Below, piece after piece: positions 1 to 17,607 of a stretch of 32,000 nt of DNA (within the stretch, counting starts at the first letter, position 1; each line of letters begins with the position of its first letter). The DNA is from Pseudomonas aeruginosa (GTDB lineage Bacteria; Pseudomonadota; Gammaproteobacteria; Pseudomonadales; Pseudomonadaceae). The notes beneath the pieces were generated by a model, which saw only the letters and a program-made list of their open reading frames with translations, was not told where the DNA came from and made no database searches. The stretch covers positions 2,520,001 through 2,552,000 of the forward strand of contig NZ_LN831024.1 in the NCBI RefSeq assembly GCF_001457615.1, in the 5' to 3' direction. Both the position numbers and the translations under genes were made by a program.

Positions 1-537
1 GGTCTGGCTGTAGATCTGCCCGTAGGGACCGGTGGCGGTGCTGGTGATGGGGACGCTCTGGCCGACCTGGATCAGCGCCGGGTAGCCCTCGGTGGCCTGG
101 ACCTGCTGGCTGCCGCCGGAACGGCTGTCGGTGGAGCGACGGATGATGCGGACTCGATCCTTGCCGTTGACCTCGCCGCGGCCGCTCTGGATCTCGATGT
201 TGCCGGCGCTGGCCGAACCATCCACCGAATAGCCGCGGCTGTCCTGTTGCAGGTTCTCGCTGGTATCCACGGTGATCAGCAGGCGATGCGGGCGCGAGTC
301 GATCTGCTGCAGGACCGATTGCAACTCGCGGATCTTCGCCGGCTCGGCATTGACGATCAACTGGTTGCCATAGGCGGTGACCTTGCCTTCGCTGCCGATG
401 ACCGACTGGGCCACCGCCATCACGTCGTCGGCGGTGCGGTAGTTGAGCGGGATCACTTCGGTGCGCGGGGCGGCCGAGGCGCCGAGAACGACTGTCGCCA
501 ACAGCGAGGAGAGCAGGGTGGTGCGCAACAGGGTCAC
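1..537 (-). CDS. Secretin N-terminal/short-domain-like exported protein, partial (C-terminus beyond window start)
   Basis: Manual minus-strand translation is open from GTG at 537 to base 1: VTLLRTTLLSSLLATVVLGASAAPRTEVIPLNYRTADDVMAVAQSVIGSEGKVTAYGNQLIVNAEPAKIRELQSVLQQIDSRPHRLLITVDTSENLQQ... It has a signal peptide followed by an STN/NolW-like secretin short domain pattern. GTG overlaps the TGA of the upstream gene (GTGA). Confidence 0.75.
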   Translation of the reverse strand, partial: MTLLRTTLLSSLLATVVLGASAAPRTEVIPLNYRTADDVMAVAQSVIGSEGKVTAYGNQLIVNAEPAKIRELQSVLQQIDSRPHRLLITVDTSENLQQDSRGYSVDGSASAGNIEIQSGRGEVNGKDRVRIIRRSTDSRSGGSQQVQATEGYPALIQVGQSVPITSTATGPYGQIYSQT

Positions 538-1154
538 AGGAGGAAGCTCCGCAGGTCCGGGTCGGAAAGACTGGTGTCCCAGGCCTGCTCGAAGCGGGCC
601 TGGAGTTGACGCACCCGCCCGGCGGCACGGTAGCAGGCGTAGCCCGCCGGTTGCGCCGGTTTCGGGCGCAGTAGCAGGCCCTGGTCGTCGGCCAGGAGGA
701 AGGCGTCGTCCTCTTTAGGGTAGTCCGGGTTGAGCCGGCGGATCAGGCAGTTGCTCGACAGGCGGCGCGAAAGGCTGATCAGGCGGTGGCCGTTGCGCAC
801 GGCCTGGGCGCTGTCGCCAACGAGGATACGCAGGCGATTGCGTGGATTGGCCAGGAGGAAACGGGTGCAGGCTTCCTGGATGCTGCTGTGGTGATAGAGC
901 CAGCTTTCCAGGTCGGGACTGTGCAGGCAGAGCGAGCGGCGGGCCTGCTGCAGGAGGGCCAGGGCATGGGCGCGGGCTTCCTGCGGATGCTCGAAGCGCT
1001 CCAGCGGCTCATGTTCGCCGAGGCGGAATGGCGCTGGTTCCCAGCGTTCCGCGGGTGGTGCGGCGCTTGCCGGGTTGCGTACCGCAAAGCGCCCCGGAGA
1101 GCTGAATTCGATGGCCGGCAGGTCAGCCGGCGAGGTCTCCGGGGTGTCGCTCAT
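534..1154 (-). CDS. Conserved hypothetical protein with phospholipase-D-like fold features
   Basis: 206-aa ORF MSDTPETSPADLPAIEFSSPGRF...; the segment ARRSLCLHSPDLESWLYHHSSIQEACTRFLLANPRNRLRILVGDS resembles PLD-like proteins. Translationally coupled to the next gene. Confidence 0.8.
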   Translation of the reverse strand: MSDTPETSPADLPAIEFSSPGRFAVRNPASAAPPAERWEPAPFRLGEHEPLERFEHPQEARAHALALLQQARRSLCLHSPDLESWLYHHSSIQEACTRFLLANPRNRLRILVGDSAQAVRNGHRLISLSRRLSSNCLIRRLNPDYPKEDDAFLLADDQGLLLRPKPAQPAGYACYRAAGRVRQLQARFEQAWDTSLSDPDLRSFLL

Positions 1155-1160
1155 CGGGCC

Positions 1161-1586
1161 TCAGTCGCTGTCGCGAACCATGTCGACATGGGGCAGGCCG
1201 GCATCGAGGAATTCGCCGCTATCGACCTTGAAGCCCAGTCGCTCGTAGAAGGGAATGGCGTAGACCTGCGCGGTCAGCAGTTGGCGCTTCAGGCCGCGTC
1301 GCTCGGCTTCCTCGATGGCCGCGCGCATCAGCGCGTCGCCTACCTTCAGGCCGCGCCAGTCCTTGAGTACCGAGACCCTGCCGATGTGCCCGTCGCCCAG
1401 CAGGCGCGCGGTGCCGATCGCGTATTCGCCTTCATAGGCGAGAAAATGCACGGCTTCGTCGTCTTCGGCGTCCCACTCCAGTTCCGGCGGAACCGACTGT
1501 TCGGCAATGAAGACCGCTTCGCGGATGCGGCGCAGCTCGGCATTGTCCTTCTGCCAGTCGGCTACGCGTACGCGGATCTTATTCAT
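1161..1586 (-). CDS. GNAT family N-acetyltransferase
   Basis: Start placed at MNKIRVRVADWQKDNAELRRIREAVFIAEQSVP; contains GNAT motif RVSVLKDWRGLKVGDALMRAAIEEAERRG and YAIPFYERLGFKVDS. Confidence 0.92.
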   Translation of the reverse strand: MNKIRVRVADWQKDNAELRRIREAVFIAEQSVPPELEWDAEDDEAVHFLAYEGEYAIGTARLLGDGHIGRVSVLKDWRGLKVGDALMRAAIEEAERRGLKRQLLTAQVYAIPFYERLGFKVDSGEFLDAGLPHVDMVRDSD

Positions 1587-2748
1587 CTGCAAACTCCAAA
1601 CTGCCCTGTTTGACCAACTCCGCCAACAGCTTACGCGCATCGTCATCGGCCAGCCATTGGCCGAGGTTTTCCAGATGCAACGCATCGGCCGAGCAGACCA
1701 GCTTCAGCAGTTCCTTGAGCTGCCCGGGCAGGAGTACGCTCTGGCCGCTGGCGAACAGCACCAGGCCGATGTCGATCTCGCTCCAGGCCAGGCGGGCGCT
1801 GGGGTTGCGCACCAGCAGCGCGCCATCCTCGAGGGCGCCGAACAGCTCCTCCTCGGGGATCTCCTCGCCGGCAACCAGTTCGGGATAGCGCGGCTCGGTC
1901 ATGAACTGGCCGAACCAAGTCAGCAGCAGGCGCTCGTCGCTCATGTGCTCCTGGATCAGGCCCTGCAGGCGCTCCAGAGCGTCGCGCTGGATCTGGTGCG
2001 GATCGTCGCCTACCGGTTGCAGGCCGGCATCGGTGTAGCGCTCCTCGTCGGAGAGGAACTGGCCGAGGAAGTCGGTGAAATGGGTCAGCACTTCGGCGGC
2101 GCTGGGCGCGCGGAAGCCGATCGAGTAGGTCATGCACTCGTCTTCGGCAATGCCGTAGTGGGCGAGGCGCGGGGGCAGGTAGAGCATGTCGCCGGGCTCC
2201 AGGACCCACTCGTCGCTCTGTTCGAAGTCGGCGAGGATGCGCAGGTCGGCGTGCTCGCGCAGCGGGCTGTCGCTGCTGCACATCTGTCCGACTTTCCAGC
2301 GCCGGCGTCCGTGGCCCTGAAGCAGGAATACGTCGTAGTTGTCGAAGTGCGGACCGACGCCGCCGCCGGGAGCGGCGTAGCTGATCATTACGTCGTCGAT
2401 CCGCCAGCTGGGCAGGAAGCGGAATTGCTCCAGCAGTTGGGCGACTTCCGGGACGAACTGGTCGACCGCCTGGACCAGCAGGGTCCAGTCCTGTTCCGGC
2501 AGGTGCTGGTAGTCCTCCTCCTGGAACGGGCCACGGCGCATTTCCCACGGGGTTTTCCCGTGTTCGAGGACGATGCGCGATTCCACCGACTCCTCCAGCG
2601 ACAGCCCGGCCAGCTCGTCGGCGGACAGCGGGCTTTCGAAGTCCGGGATCGCCTGGCGGACCAGCAGCGGTTTGCGCTGCCAGTAGTCGCGGAGGAATTC
2701 GGCAGCGGTCAGTCCGCCCAGAAGTTGCAGGGGAGTATCAGCATTCAT
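1579..2748 (-). CDS. roxA: Cupin/JmjC-type 50S ribosomal protein L16 arginine hydroxylase (YcfD family)
   Basis: 389-aa ORF MNADTPLQLLGGLTAAEFLRDYWQRKPLLVRQAIPDFES...; metal-binding HFDNYDVFLLQGHGRRRWKVG motif and LPPRLAHYG. Overlaps the acetyltransferase start by 8 nt. Confidence 0.9.
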   Translation of the reverse strand: MNADTPLQLLGGLTAAEFLRDYWQRKPLLVRQAIPDFESPLSADELAGLSLEESVESRIVLEHGKTPWEMRRGPFQEEDYQHLPEQDWTLLVQAVDQFVPEVAQLLEQFRFLPSWRIDDVMISYAAPGGGVGPHFDNYDVFLLQGHGRRRWKVGQMCSSDSPLREHADLRILADFEQSDEWVLEPGDMLYLPPRLAHYGIAEDECMTYSIGFRAPSAAEVLTHFTDFLGQFLSDEERYTDAGLQPVGDDPHQIQRDALERLQGLIQEHMSDERLLLTWFGQFMTEPRYPELVAGEEIPEEELFGALEDGALLVRNPSARLAWSEIDIGLVLFASGQSVLLPGQLKELLKLVCSADALHLENLGQWLADDDARKLLAELVKQGSLEFADE

Positions 2749-2760
2749 GGTTAAGTCCTT

Positions 2761-2790
2761 GAAACAAAAACGCCCGGCGCAGCCGGGCGT
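2761..2790 (-). terminator. Rho-independent terminator of purB
   Basis: Minus strand ACGCCCGGC-TGC-GCCGGGCGT followed by TTTTG; 8-9 bp GC stem plus U tract between purB and roxA. Confidence 0.85.
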
Positions 2791-2807
2791 GCAAAAGGGT
2801 TGCGTGC

Positions 2808-4253
<1,446 letters not shown>

Positions 4254-5144
4254 TCAGCGGGGCCTTTCGGCGGGGCGGTTGCCCAGCAGGGGGATCAGGC
4301 TGGCGGCGAAGATCAGGGCGGCGCCGAGCAGCGACGTGTGGCTGGGCAGTTCGTCCCAGCGCAGCCAGGCGATCACCCCGGCGAAAACGATGGCCATGTA
4401 GGCGATCGGTCCGATCACTCCCGGGGAGGCCAGGGCATAGGCCTGCGACATGGTCAGTTGGCCGAGGCTGGCGAACAGTCCGGCGCCGAGCAGCAGGAGC
4501 AGTTCCTGGCCGTTCAGCGGCTGCCAGGCCCAGGCCAGCGGCACGGCGGAGAACAGGGTGCCGAACAGGGCGAAGTAGAACACGATGCGATAGGCTGGCT
4601 CGCTGTCGCTCATTTCGCGGATCGAGACGAAGGCGCAGGCAGCCATCAGGCTGGAGGCGATGCCGACCAGGGCGATCGGCGCCACTACCGCGCCGCTGGG
4701 CCTGGCCACCAGCAGCACGCCGAGGAAGCCGACCAGGGTGGCGACCATCATGCGGCGGGTCAGCGGCTCCTTGATCCACAGGTGTGCGATCAGCGGCGTG
4801 AACACCGGCGCGGCATAGCTGAACAGCATGGCGTCGGTCAGCGGCAGGTGGGCGAGGGCGTAGAAGTAGCAGTACATGCCGCCCAGGCCGTAGGTGGTGC
4901 GCAGCAGGTGCGATAGCGGGCGGCGGGTGCGCAGCGGGCCGATGCCGCGAGTCAGCGCCAGGGGCAGGAAGAACAGCACGCCGACGAGGTTGCGGAAGAA
5001 CACCACGGTTTCGTTGTTGACGGTGCTGGAGGCCTCGCGGATCAGGCCGCCCATCAGGGCGAAGAACAGCGCCGAAAGAGCCAGCATGGCGGCGCCCTGG
5101 GTCGGGCTGTTGCGCCGTTGCGGCTGGCTCCCGGCCATGGCCAT
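4254..5144 (-). CDS. EamA/DMT-family transporter
   Basis: 296-aa hydrophobic protein with two EamA repeats (ALSALFFALMGGLIREASSTVNNETVVFFRNLVGVLFFLPLAL...; ...AGVIAWLRWDELPSHTSLLGAALIFAASLIPL). Confidence 0.9.
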   Translation of the reverse strand: MAMAGSQPQRRNSPTQGAAMLALSALFFALMGGLIREASSTVNNETVVFFRNLVGVLFFLPLALTRGIGPLRTRRPLSHLLRTTYGLGGMYCYFYALAHLPLTDAMLFSYAAPVFTPLIAHLWIKEPLTRRMMVATLVGFLGVLLVARPSGAVVAPIALVGIASSLMAACAFVSIREMSDSEPAYRIVFYFALFGTLFSAVPLAWAWQPLNGQELLLLLGAGLFASLGQLTMSQAYALASPGVIGPIAYMAIVFAGVIAWLRWDELPSHTSLLGAALIFAASLIPLLGNRPAERPR

Positions 5145-5146
5145 GG

Positions 5147-5767
5147 CTAGCCGCGCAGCAGGGGATAGAGTTCGTTGAGCAGCCGGCGCCGGCTGAATAC
5201 CATCTGCCAGCGGCTGCCGCCCAGTTGCCGCCAGAGCCGCGCCGAGCGGATGCCGGCGAGCAGCAGGGCGCGGATCCGCGCGGCGTTGCTGCTGACCTGC
5301 AGGTGGCGCATGTCGCCGTGTACCTGGATGCGCTGGCGGAAGGTGCTGAGGGTGTCCTGGTAGATGCTGGCGAACGAGGCGATGACGTTCTCGTGGACCA
5401 GCCCGAAGTGCTGGACCTGCTGTTCGACCTGGTCGAGGCGCTGGCCGATCAGGTCGAGCATATCGCCGCGCTTGTCCAGTTGCCGTTCCAGGGTCAGCAT
5501 CGCCAGGGCGTAGCGCAGCGGTTCGCGCTGCAGGCTGCCGGGCTTGCGCTCCAGGGCGCTGGCCAGGGCCTTGAAGCCGTCGCGCAGGTTGAGGCTGTCG
5601 CCACCGTAGACGTCCAGGGTGCTGGCCGGGTTGCGCGCCAGCAGGCTGCCGAGCATGCAGCCCAGCGGGGCTTCGCTGATCTGTCCGGTGCGTGCCAGCT
5701 TGTCGACCAGGGCTGCGGATTCGAAGACGGCGCCGAGGGCAATCAGTTGCTGTCGCGGATCGCTCAC
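5147..5767 (-). CDS. hflD: HflD family high-frequency lysogenization protein homolog
   Basis: 206-aa [33 protein letters not shown]...; canonical position next to mnmA and purB. Confidence 0.93.
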   Translation of the reverse strand: MSDPRQQLIALGAVFESAALVDKLARTGQISEAPLGCMLGSLLARNPASTLDVYGGDSLNLRDGFKALASALERKPGSLQREPLRYALAMLTLERQLDKRGDMLDLIGQRLDQVEQQVQHFGLVHENVIASFASIYQDTLSTFRQRIQVHGDMRHLQVSSNAARIRALLLAGIRSARLWRQLGGSRWQMVFSRRRLLNELYPLLRG

Positions 5768-6891
5768 GGGCGTCCTCCGAAATCCCAGGCTTCCGCCGTT
5801 TCGATCACGCCGCCGCCGAGGCAGACGTCGCCGTCGTAGAACACCACCGATTGCCCCGGGGTCACTGCGCGCTGCGGTTCGTCGAACACCGCGCGGTAGC
5901 CTTCGGCGGTTTTCTCCAGGACGCAGTCCTGGTCGCTCTGGCGGTAGCGCACCTTGGCCCGCAGGCGGCGCGGCCGCTCCAGTTCGACCGGGTTGACCCA
6001 GTAGATTCGCGAGGCCAGCAGGGCGCGGGAGAACAGCAGCGGGTGGTCGTTGCCCTGGCCGACCAGCAGCACGTTGCGTTGCAGGTCCTTGCCGAGCACG
6101 TACCAGGGATCGTCGCCGGCTTCCTTGAGACCGCCGATGCCGAGGCCCTGGCGCTGGCCGATGGTGTGGTACATCAGGCCGCTGTGGCGACCGATGACCT
6201 TGCCTTCGATGGTCTCGATGTCGCCCGGCTGGGCCGGCAGGTACTGCTTGAGGAAATCGGTGAAGCGTCGCTCGCCAATGAAGCAGATGCCTGTGGAGTC
6301 CTTCTTCTTCGCCGTGGCGAGGCCATGCTTCTCGGCGATGGCGCGGACTTCCGGCTTCTCCAGTTCGCCGACGGGGAACAGGCTGCGGGCGATCTGCTCG
6401 CCGCCCACCGCGTGCAGGAAGTAGCTCTGGTCCTTGTTCGGGTCCAGGCCCTTGAGCAGCTCGGTGCGCCCGTCGCGGTCGCGGCGCCGCACATAGTGGC
6501 CGGTGGCGATCAGGTCCGCGCCGAGCATCAGCGCGTAGTCGAGGAACGCCTTGAACTTGATTTCGCGGTTGCAGAGGATGTCCGGGTTCGGCGTACGGCC
6601 GGCCTTGTACTCGGCAAGGAAGTGCTCGAACACGTTATCCCAGTATTCCGCGGCGAAGTTCGCCGTGTGCAGCTTGATGCCGATCCGGTCGCAGACGGCC
6701 TGGGCGTCGGCCAGGTCCTCGCGGGCGGTACAGTATTCGGTGCCGTCGTCCTCGTCCCAGTTCTTCATGAACAGGCCTTCGACCTGATAGCCCTGCTGCA
6801 ACAGGAGCAGGGCGGAGACGGACGAGTCGACGCCGCCGGACATGCCGACGATCACGCGCTCGCGGCGTGGGGTGGGGGCGGATTCAGACAT
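5764..6891 (-). CDS. mnmA: tRNA-specific 2-thiouridylase MnmA (TrmU)
   Basis: 375 aa; PP-loop [43 protein letters not shown], catalytic Cys motifs [12 protein letters not shown] and [11 protein letters not shown]; 4-nt overlap with hflD. Confidence 0.97.
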   Translation of the reverse strand: MSESAPTPRRERVIVGMSGGVDSSVSALLLLQQGYQVEGLFMKNWDEDDGTEYCTAREDLADAQAVCDRIGIKLHTANFAAEYWDNVFEHFLAEYKAGRTPNPDILCNREIKFKAFLDYALMLGADLIATGHYVRRRDRDGRTELLKGLDPNKDQSYFLHAVGGEQIARSLFPVGELEKPEVRAIAEKHGLATAKKKDSTGICFIGERRFTDFLKQYLPAQPGDIETIEGKVIGRHSGLMYHTIGQRQGLGIGGLKEAGDDPWYVLGKDLQRNVLLVGQGNDHPLLFSRALLASRIYWVNPVELERPRRLRAKVRYRQSDQDCVLEKTAEGYRAVFDEPQRAVTPGQSVVFYDGDVCLGGGVIETAEAWDFGGRP

Positions 6892-6934
6892 AGCGATCAG
6901 GCGTCACGGGCGAATTCGTAAAACGCGGATTCTA

Positions 6935-7405
6935 TCAGGCCTGGGGCAGGGAGGGCGACACGTGGGTGTCGCGGATCAGCGCCAGGGGATAGCGGCCGCC
7001 GGCCAGGTAGTCGTCGATGCAGCGCAGCACCAGGTGGCTGCGCCAGCGCTGCGGCTGGGCGGCCAGTTCGTCGCGGCTCAGCCAGCGCGGGCCGATGATG
7101 CCGTCGTCGAGGGCGCGCTCGGGGTGGTGGCGCACGGGGCGGGCGGCGAAGCATACGCGCTGATAGGTGACACCGTTGGACGGGGCGGTGTACAGGTAGA
7201 TGCCGGTGACGGCGCTCAGCTCGACCTCCCAGCCGGTTTCCTCGAGGGTTTCGCGCAGGGCGGCCTCGAGCAGGCTTTCGGCGGGCTCCAGGTGCCCGGC
7301 GGGCTGGTTCAGCACCTCGCGGCCGTCGGCCTGTTCCTCGACCAGCAGGAAGCGGCCCTGGTCCTCGACGATGGTCGCTACGGTGACATGGGGATGCCAG
7401 CTCAT
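6935..7405 (-). CDS. NUDIX hydrolase
   Basis: 156 aa; Nudix box GHLEPAESLLEAALRETLEETGWEVE. Confidence 0.93.
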   Translation of the reverse strand: MSWHPHVTVATIVEDQGRFLLVEEQADGREVLNQPAGHLEPAESLLEAALRETLEETGWEVELSAVTGIYLYTAPSNGVTYQRVCFAARPVRHHPERALDDGIIGPRWLSRDELAAQPQRWRSHLVLRCIDDYLAGGRYPLALIRDTHVSPSLPQA

Positions 7406-7437
7406 GGATGTCTCCTCGGTACGGAAAAGGCCTCGAT

Positions 7438-7470
7438 AAAAAGAAACCCCGAGCGTAGGCCCGGGGTTTC
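7438..7470 (-). terminator. Rho-independent terminator of idh
   Basis: Minus strand GAAACCCCG-loop-CGGGGTTTC followed by TTTTT; 9 bp perfect stem. Confidence 0.85.
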
Positions 7471-7491
7471 TGCTTCGTCAGCGTGACGCTA

Positions 7492-9717
<2,226 letters not shown>

Positions 9718-10075
9718 CTACGGTAACTCTCTTTTTTGCTGGGCGCGCACAGAGTCTCGATACGCGTTGGTGGACGCGATGCCTTCGCTCAACATCGGGT
9801 TGAATCGAAATCGAGATATGCCGCGGGATATAGGGGCGCCAGTAGAGCGTTGTACGGCGGGTTCATGGTGGCGAACCCGACGCTGCGAGGGGAGAGGGTC
9901 TGGTCCCAGACTGCTCGGACCTCGATGACTGCGAAGTCATGGCGCGCAGTATACCACCCTCTCGCCGGGCTGATGCGCTCGCCTGTTTAGACTAAGGAAG
10001 ATGTGGTTTCCGGGCGGACAACTGGGCTACCCTAGAAGGCTGCAACAGGGTTTTAACCACAACACGGAGTTCAGC

Positions 10076-11332
<1,257 letters not shown>

Positions 11333-11354
11333 GAAGGGCTAGCGCCCGAACGAG

Positions 11355-11382
11355 AAAAAGGCCGGTTCGCACCGGCCTTTTT
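11355..11382. terminator. Bidirectional intrinsic terminator between convergent icd and cspD
   Basis: Perfect 12-bp inverted repeat AAAAAGGCCGGT-TCGC-ACCGGCCTTTTT. Confidence 0.92.
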
Positions 11383-11404
11383 CATTTCCGCATCCGCGCT
11401 GGGG

Positions 11405-11677
11405 TCAGGCTTCGATGGGCGTCGCCTGCGGCTCTTCCTGCGGGGCGGGGGTGGAGGGTGCGGCGGTTGTCGCGGTGGCGGGGCTGATGTTGATGGCATG
11501 CAGTCCCTTCGGTCCCTGGATGATCTCGAAATTGACCGGCTGGCCCGCCTTGAGTGTCTTGTAACCGTCCATCTGAATGGCCGAGTAATGGGCGAACAGG
11601 TCCTCATCTCGGCCCTCGGCCAGGATGAACCCGTAGCCCTTGGCGTTGTTGAACCACTTGACCTTACCGCTGAGCAT
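11405..11677 (-). CDS. cspD: Cold-shock domain protein CspD
   Basis: 90 aa [64 protein letters not shown]...; RNP1 KGYGFI. Divergent from clpS. Confidence 0.95.
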   Translation of the reverse strand: MLSGKVKWFNNAKGYGFILAEGRDEDLFAHYSAIQMDGYKTLKAGQPVNFEIIQGPKGLHAINISPATATTAAPSTPAPQEEPQATPIEA

Positions 11678-11872
11678 GCTCATATCCCTCTGCAAAGGAC
11701 TCCAACGCTGGAGTATCATCCACTACGATCCCGCGTCCGACCTGGGTCGAGACGGGTGCGGAACCCCTGATACCCTGTAGGGGTATTCCATTGTTTGTAA
11801 CACCCTTTTGCAGTTAGTCAAGGCGCTGAACCATACGCCTGAGAAACGGATCAACATCATGTCGGTCCATAA

Positions 11873-12271
<399 letters not shown>

Positions 12272-12298
12272 TCGGATGTTTGGGAGCGAGGTGAAGCC

Positions 12299-14575
<2,277 letters not shown>

Positions 14576-14590
14576 TCCGAGCGCGGCAAC

Positions 14591-14620
14591 GAAAACGCCC
14601 GGCAGATGCCGGGCGTTTTC
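14591..14620. terminator. Intrinsic terminator between convergent clpA and infA
   Basis: GAAAACGCCCGGC-AGAT-GCCGGGCGTTTTC inverted repeat followed by TTTTGC on the plus strand. Confidence 0.9.
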
Positions 14621-14656
14621 TTTTGCAATCGGCGAGCCGCAGCGGCTCGTGTCGAC

Positions 14657-14875
14657 TCAGCGGGCGCGGTAGGTGATGCGGCCCTTGCTCAGGTCGTAGG
14701 GCGTCAGTTCCACGCGGACCTTGTCGCCGGTGAGGATGCGGATGTAGTTCTTGCGCATTTTGCCGGAGATGTGCGCGGTGACGACGTGCCCATTTTCCAA
14801 CTCCACACGGAACATGGTGTTGGGCAGGGTGTCGACGACAGTACCTTCCATTTCGAAGCTGTCTTCTTTCGACAT
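14657..14875 (-). CDS. infA: Translation initiation factor IF-1
   Basis: 72 aa [72 protein letters not shown]; embedded in a longer spurious in-frame ORF. Confidence 0.98.
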
Positions 14876-14979
14876 GCAGTAGAGCCCTCGGTATCTATGG
14901 GTGGCCCTTTCAATGAGAGGTGGGCCGTGAAAAGCGGCGTGCATTGTGCCAGAAAATCGACAATAGCGCCACACGGCTA

Positions 14980-15687
14980 TCAGGTGAGGGCGACCCAGCG
15001 CTGGTTGACGAACAGTTCGATGGGCCGGTACTGGGTCTTGTAGTTCATCTTGCGGCAATTCTTGATCCAGTAGCCCAGGTAGACGGCCTGCAGGCCCAGG
15101 CGTTCGGTCTCGGCGATCTGCCAGAGGATCGCGTAGCGTCCCAGGCTGCGCTGCTCTTCGTCGGGATCGTAGAAGGTATAGACGGCCGAGAGTCCGTTCG
15201 GCAGCACGTCCGTCACGGCTATGGCCAGCAGGCGGCCATGCAGGCGGAACTCGAAGAAGCAGCAGAAGGGCAGGTCGCGGACCAGGAAGGTGGCGAACTG
15301 GTCGCGGCTGGGCGGATACATGTCGCCGTCGGCGTGGCGTTGCTCGATGTAGCGCCGATAGAGGTCGTAGTACTCCTCGTTGAAGCTCGGTCGCTTGCGG
15401 ATCACCTGCAGTTCCGCATTGCGCTTGAGGATGCGCCGCTGCTGGCGGTTCGGGCTGAAGCCGGCGACCGGTATGCGCGCGGCGATGCAGGCGGTGCAAT
15501 GCTGGCAGTGCGGACGATAGAGATGGTCGCCGCTGCGGCGGAAGCCGACCTCCGACAGCGAGGCGTACAGCTGCGTGTCCATGGGCTGGCTGGGATCGAG
15601 GAACAGGGTGGTTGCCTGCTCCTCGGGCAGGTAGCTGCACGGGTGCGGTTGCGTCGCGTAGAACTTCAGTCGGGCGAGTTCGGTCAT
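14980..15687 (-). CDS. bpt: Aspartate/glutamate leucyltransferase (bacterial protein transferase)
   Basis: 235 aa; N-terminal [16 protein letters not shown] and [14 protein letters not shown] cysteine motifs typical of Ate/Bpt family; adjacent to aat. Confidence 0.95.
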
Positions 15688-15741
15688 GGTGAACTCCAGC
15701 AGGGACCCATAAGCAAGTTTATGCCAGGCACGGAAACTCGC

Positions 15742-16422
15742 CTAAAAATCCAGGTCGCCGGTAGGAGGCTGGTCGCGATAGCGTTGCAGGTAGTCGGCGA
15801 ATTCCCCCCGGCCGATGGCGCGGGCGCCCAGGCTGTGCAGGTGGCGGGTCGGCATCTGGCAGTCGATGAGGACGAAGCCGGCGTCGCGCAGATGGCGGAC
15901 CAGCGTGACGAAGCCGACCTTGGAAGCGTTGTCGGCGCGGCTGAACATCGATTCGCCGAAGAACAGCCTGCCCATGGCCAGGCCGTAGAGGCCGCCGACC
16001 AGTTGTCGCTCCTGCCAGACTTCCACGGAGTGGGCAATTCCGCGCAGGTGCAGCTCCTGGTAGGCCAGTTGCATCGGCGTGGTGATCCAGGTGCCGTCGG
16101 CGTAGTCACGCGGCGCGGCACAAGCCTGGATCACCGCCCGGAAGTCACGGTTGAAAGTGACTTCGAAGCGTTGCTGGCGCAGGCACTTGGCCAGGCTGCG
16201 GGAAACGTGCAGTTCGTCGGGGAACAGGACGGTGCGCGGGTCGGGCGACCACCAGAGGATCGGCTGGCCATCCTGGTACCAGGGGAAGCAGCCGTGGCGA
16301 TAGGCTGCGACCAGGCGTTGCGGATTGAGGTCGCCGCCGGCCGCGAGCAGCCCGTTGGGCTCCTGCAGGGCCTTGTCGAGGGGCGGAAAGTCGAAGTCGG
16401 TGCGGGAAAGCCAGGTCAGCAT
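15742..16422 (-). CDS. aat: Leucyl/phenylalanyl-tRNA--protein transferase
   Basis: 226 aa from [49 protein letters not shown]; classic Aat signature. Start corrected from 16596. Confidence 0.97.
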   Translation of the reverse strand: MLTWLSRTDFDFPPLDKALQEPNGLLAAGGDLNPQRLVAAYRHGCFPWYQDGQPILWWSPDPRTVLFPDELHVSRSLAKCLRQQRFEVTFNRDFRAVIQACAAPRDYADGTWITTPMQLAYQELHLRGIAHSVEVWQERQLVGGLYGLAMGRLFFGESMFSRADNASKVGFVTLVRHLRDAGFVLIDCQMPTRHLHSLGARAIGRGEFADYLQRYRDQPPTGDLDF

Positions 16423-16459
16423 GGCGGGGTAGGGGAGGGCGGGCCTCCCCCGGGTCCGA

Positions 16460-17488
<1,029 letters not shown>

Positions 17489-17607
17489 CTACACCTATCC
17501 GCAAAAGGCCGGCAAAACCCCGGGGCCGGGATCAGCCACGCACGGATTGCCGCTGATTTCGGGTGTGATTTTTCAGAGTTTCCCTAAAGCCGTACAATAG
17601 GCGCGTT

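Noticed and set aside
14657-15640. 327-aa ORF ending in the infA sequence, possible fusion protein
   Set aside because: The N-terminal 255 residues are an alternate reading frame of bpt plus intergenic DNA. Only the C-terminal 72 aa from the ATG at 14875 are genuine IF-1.
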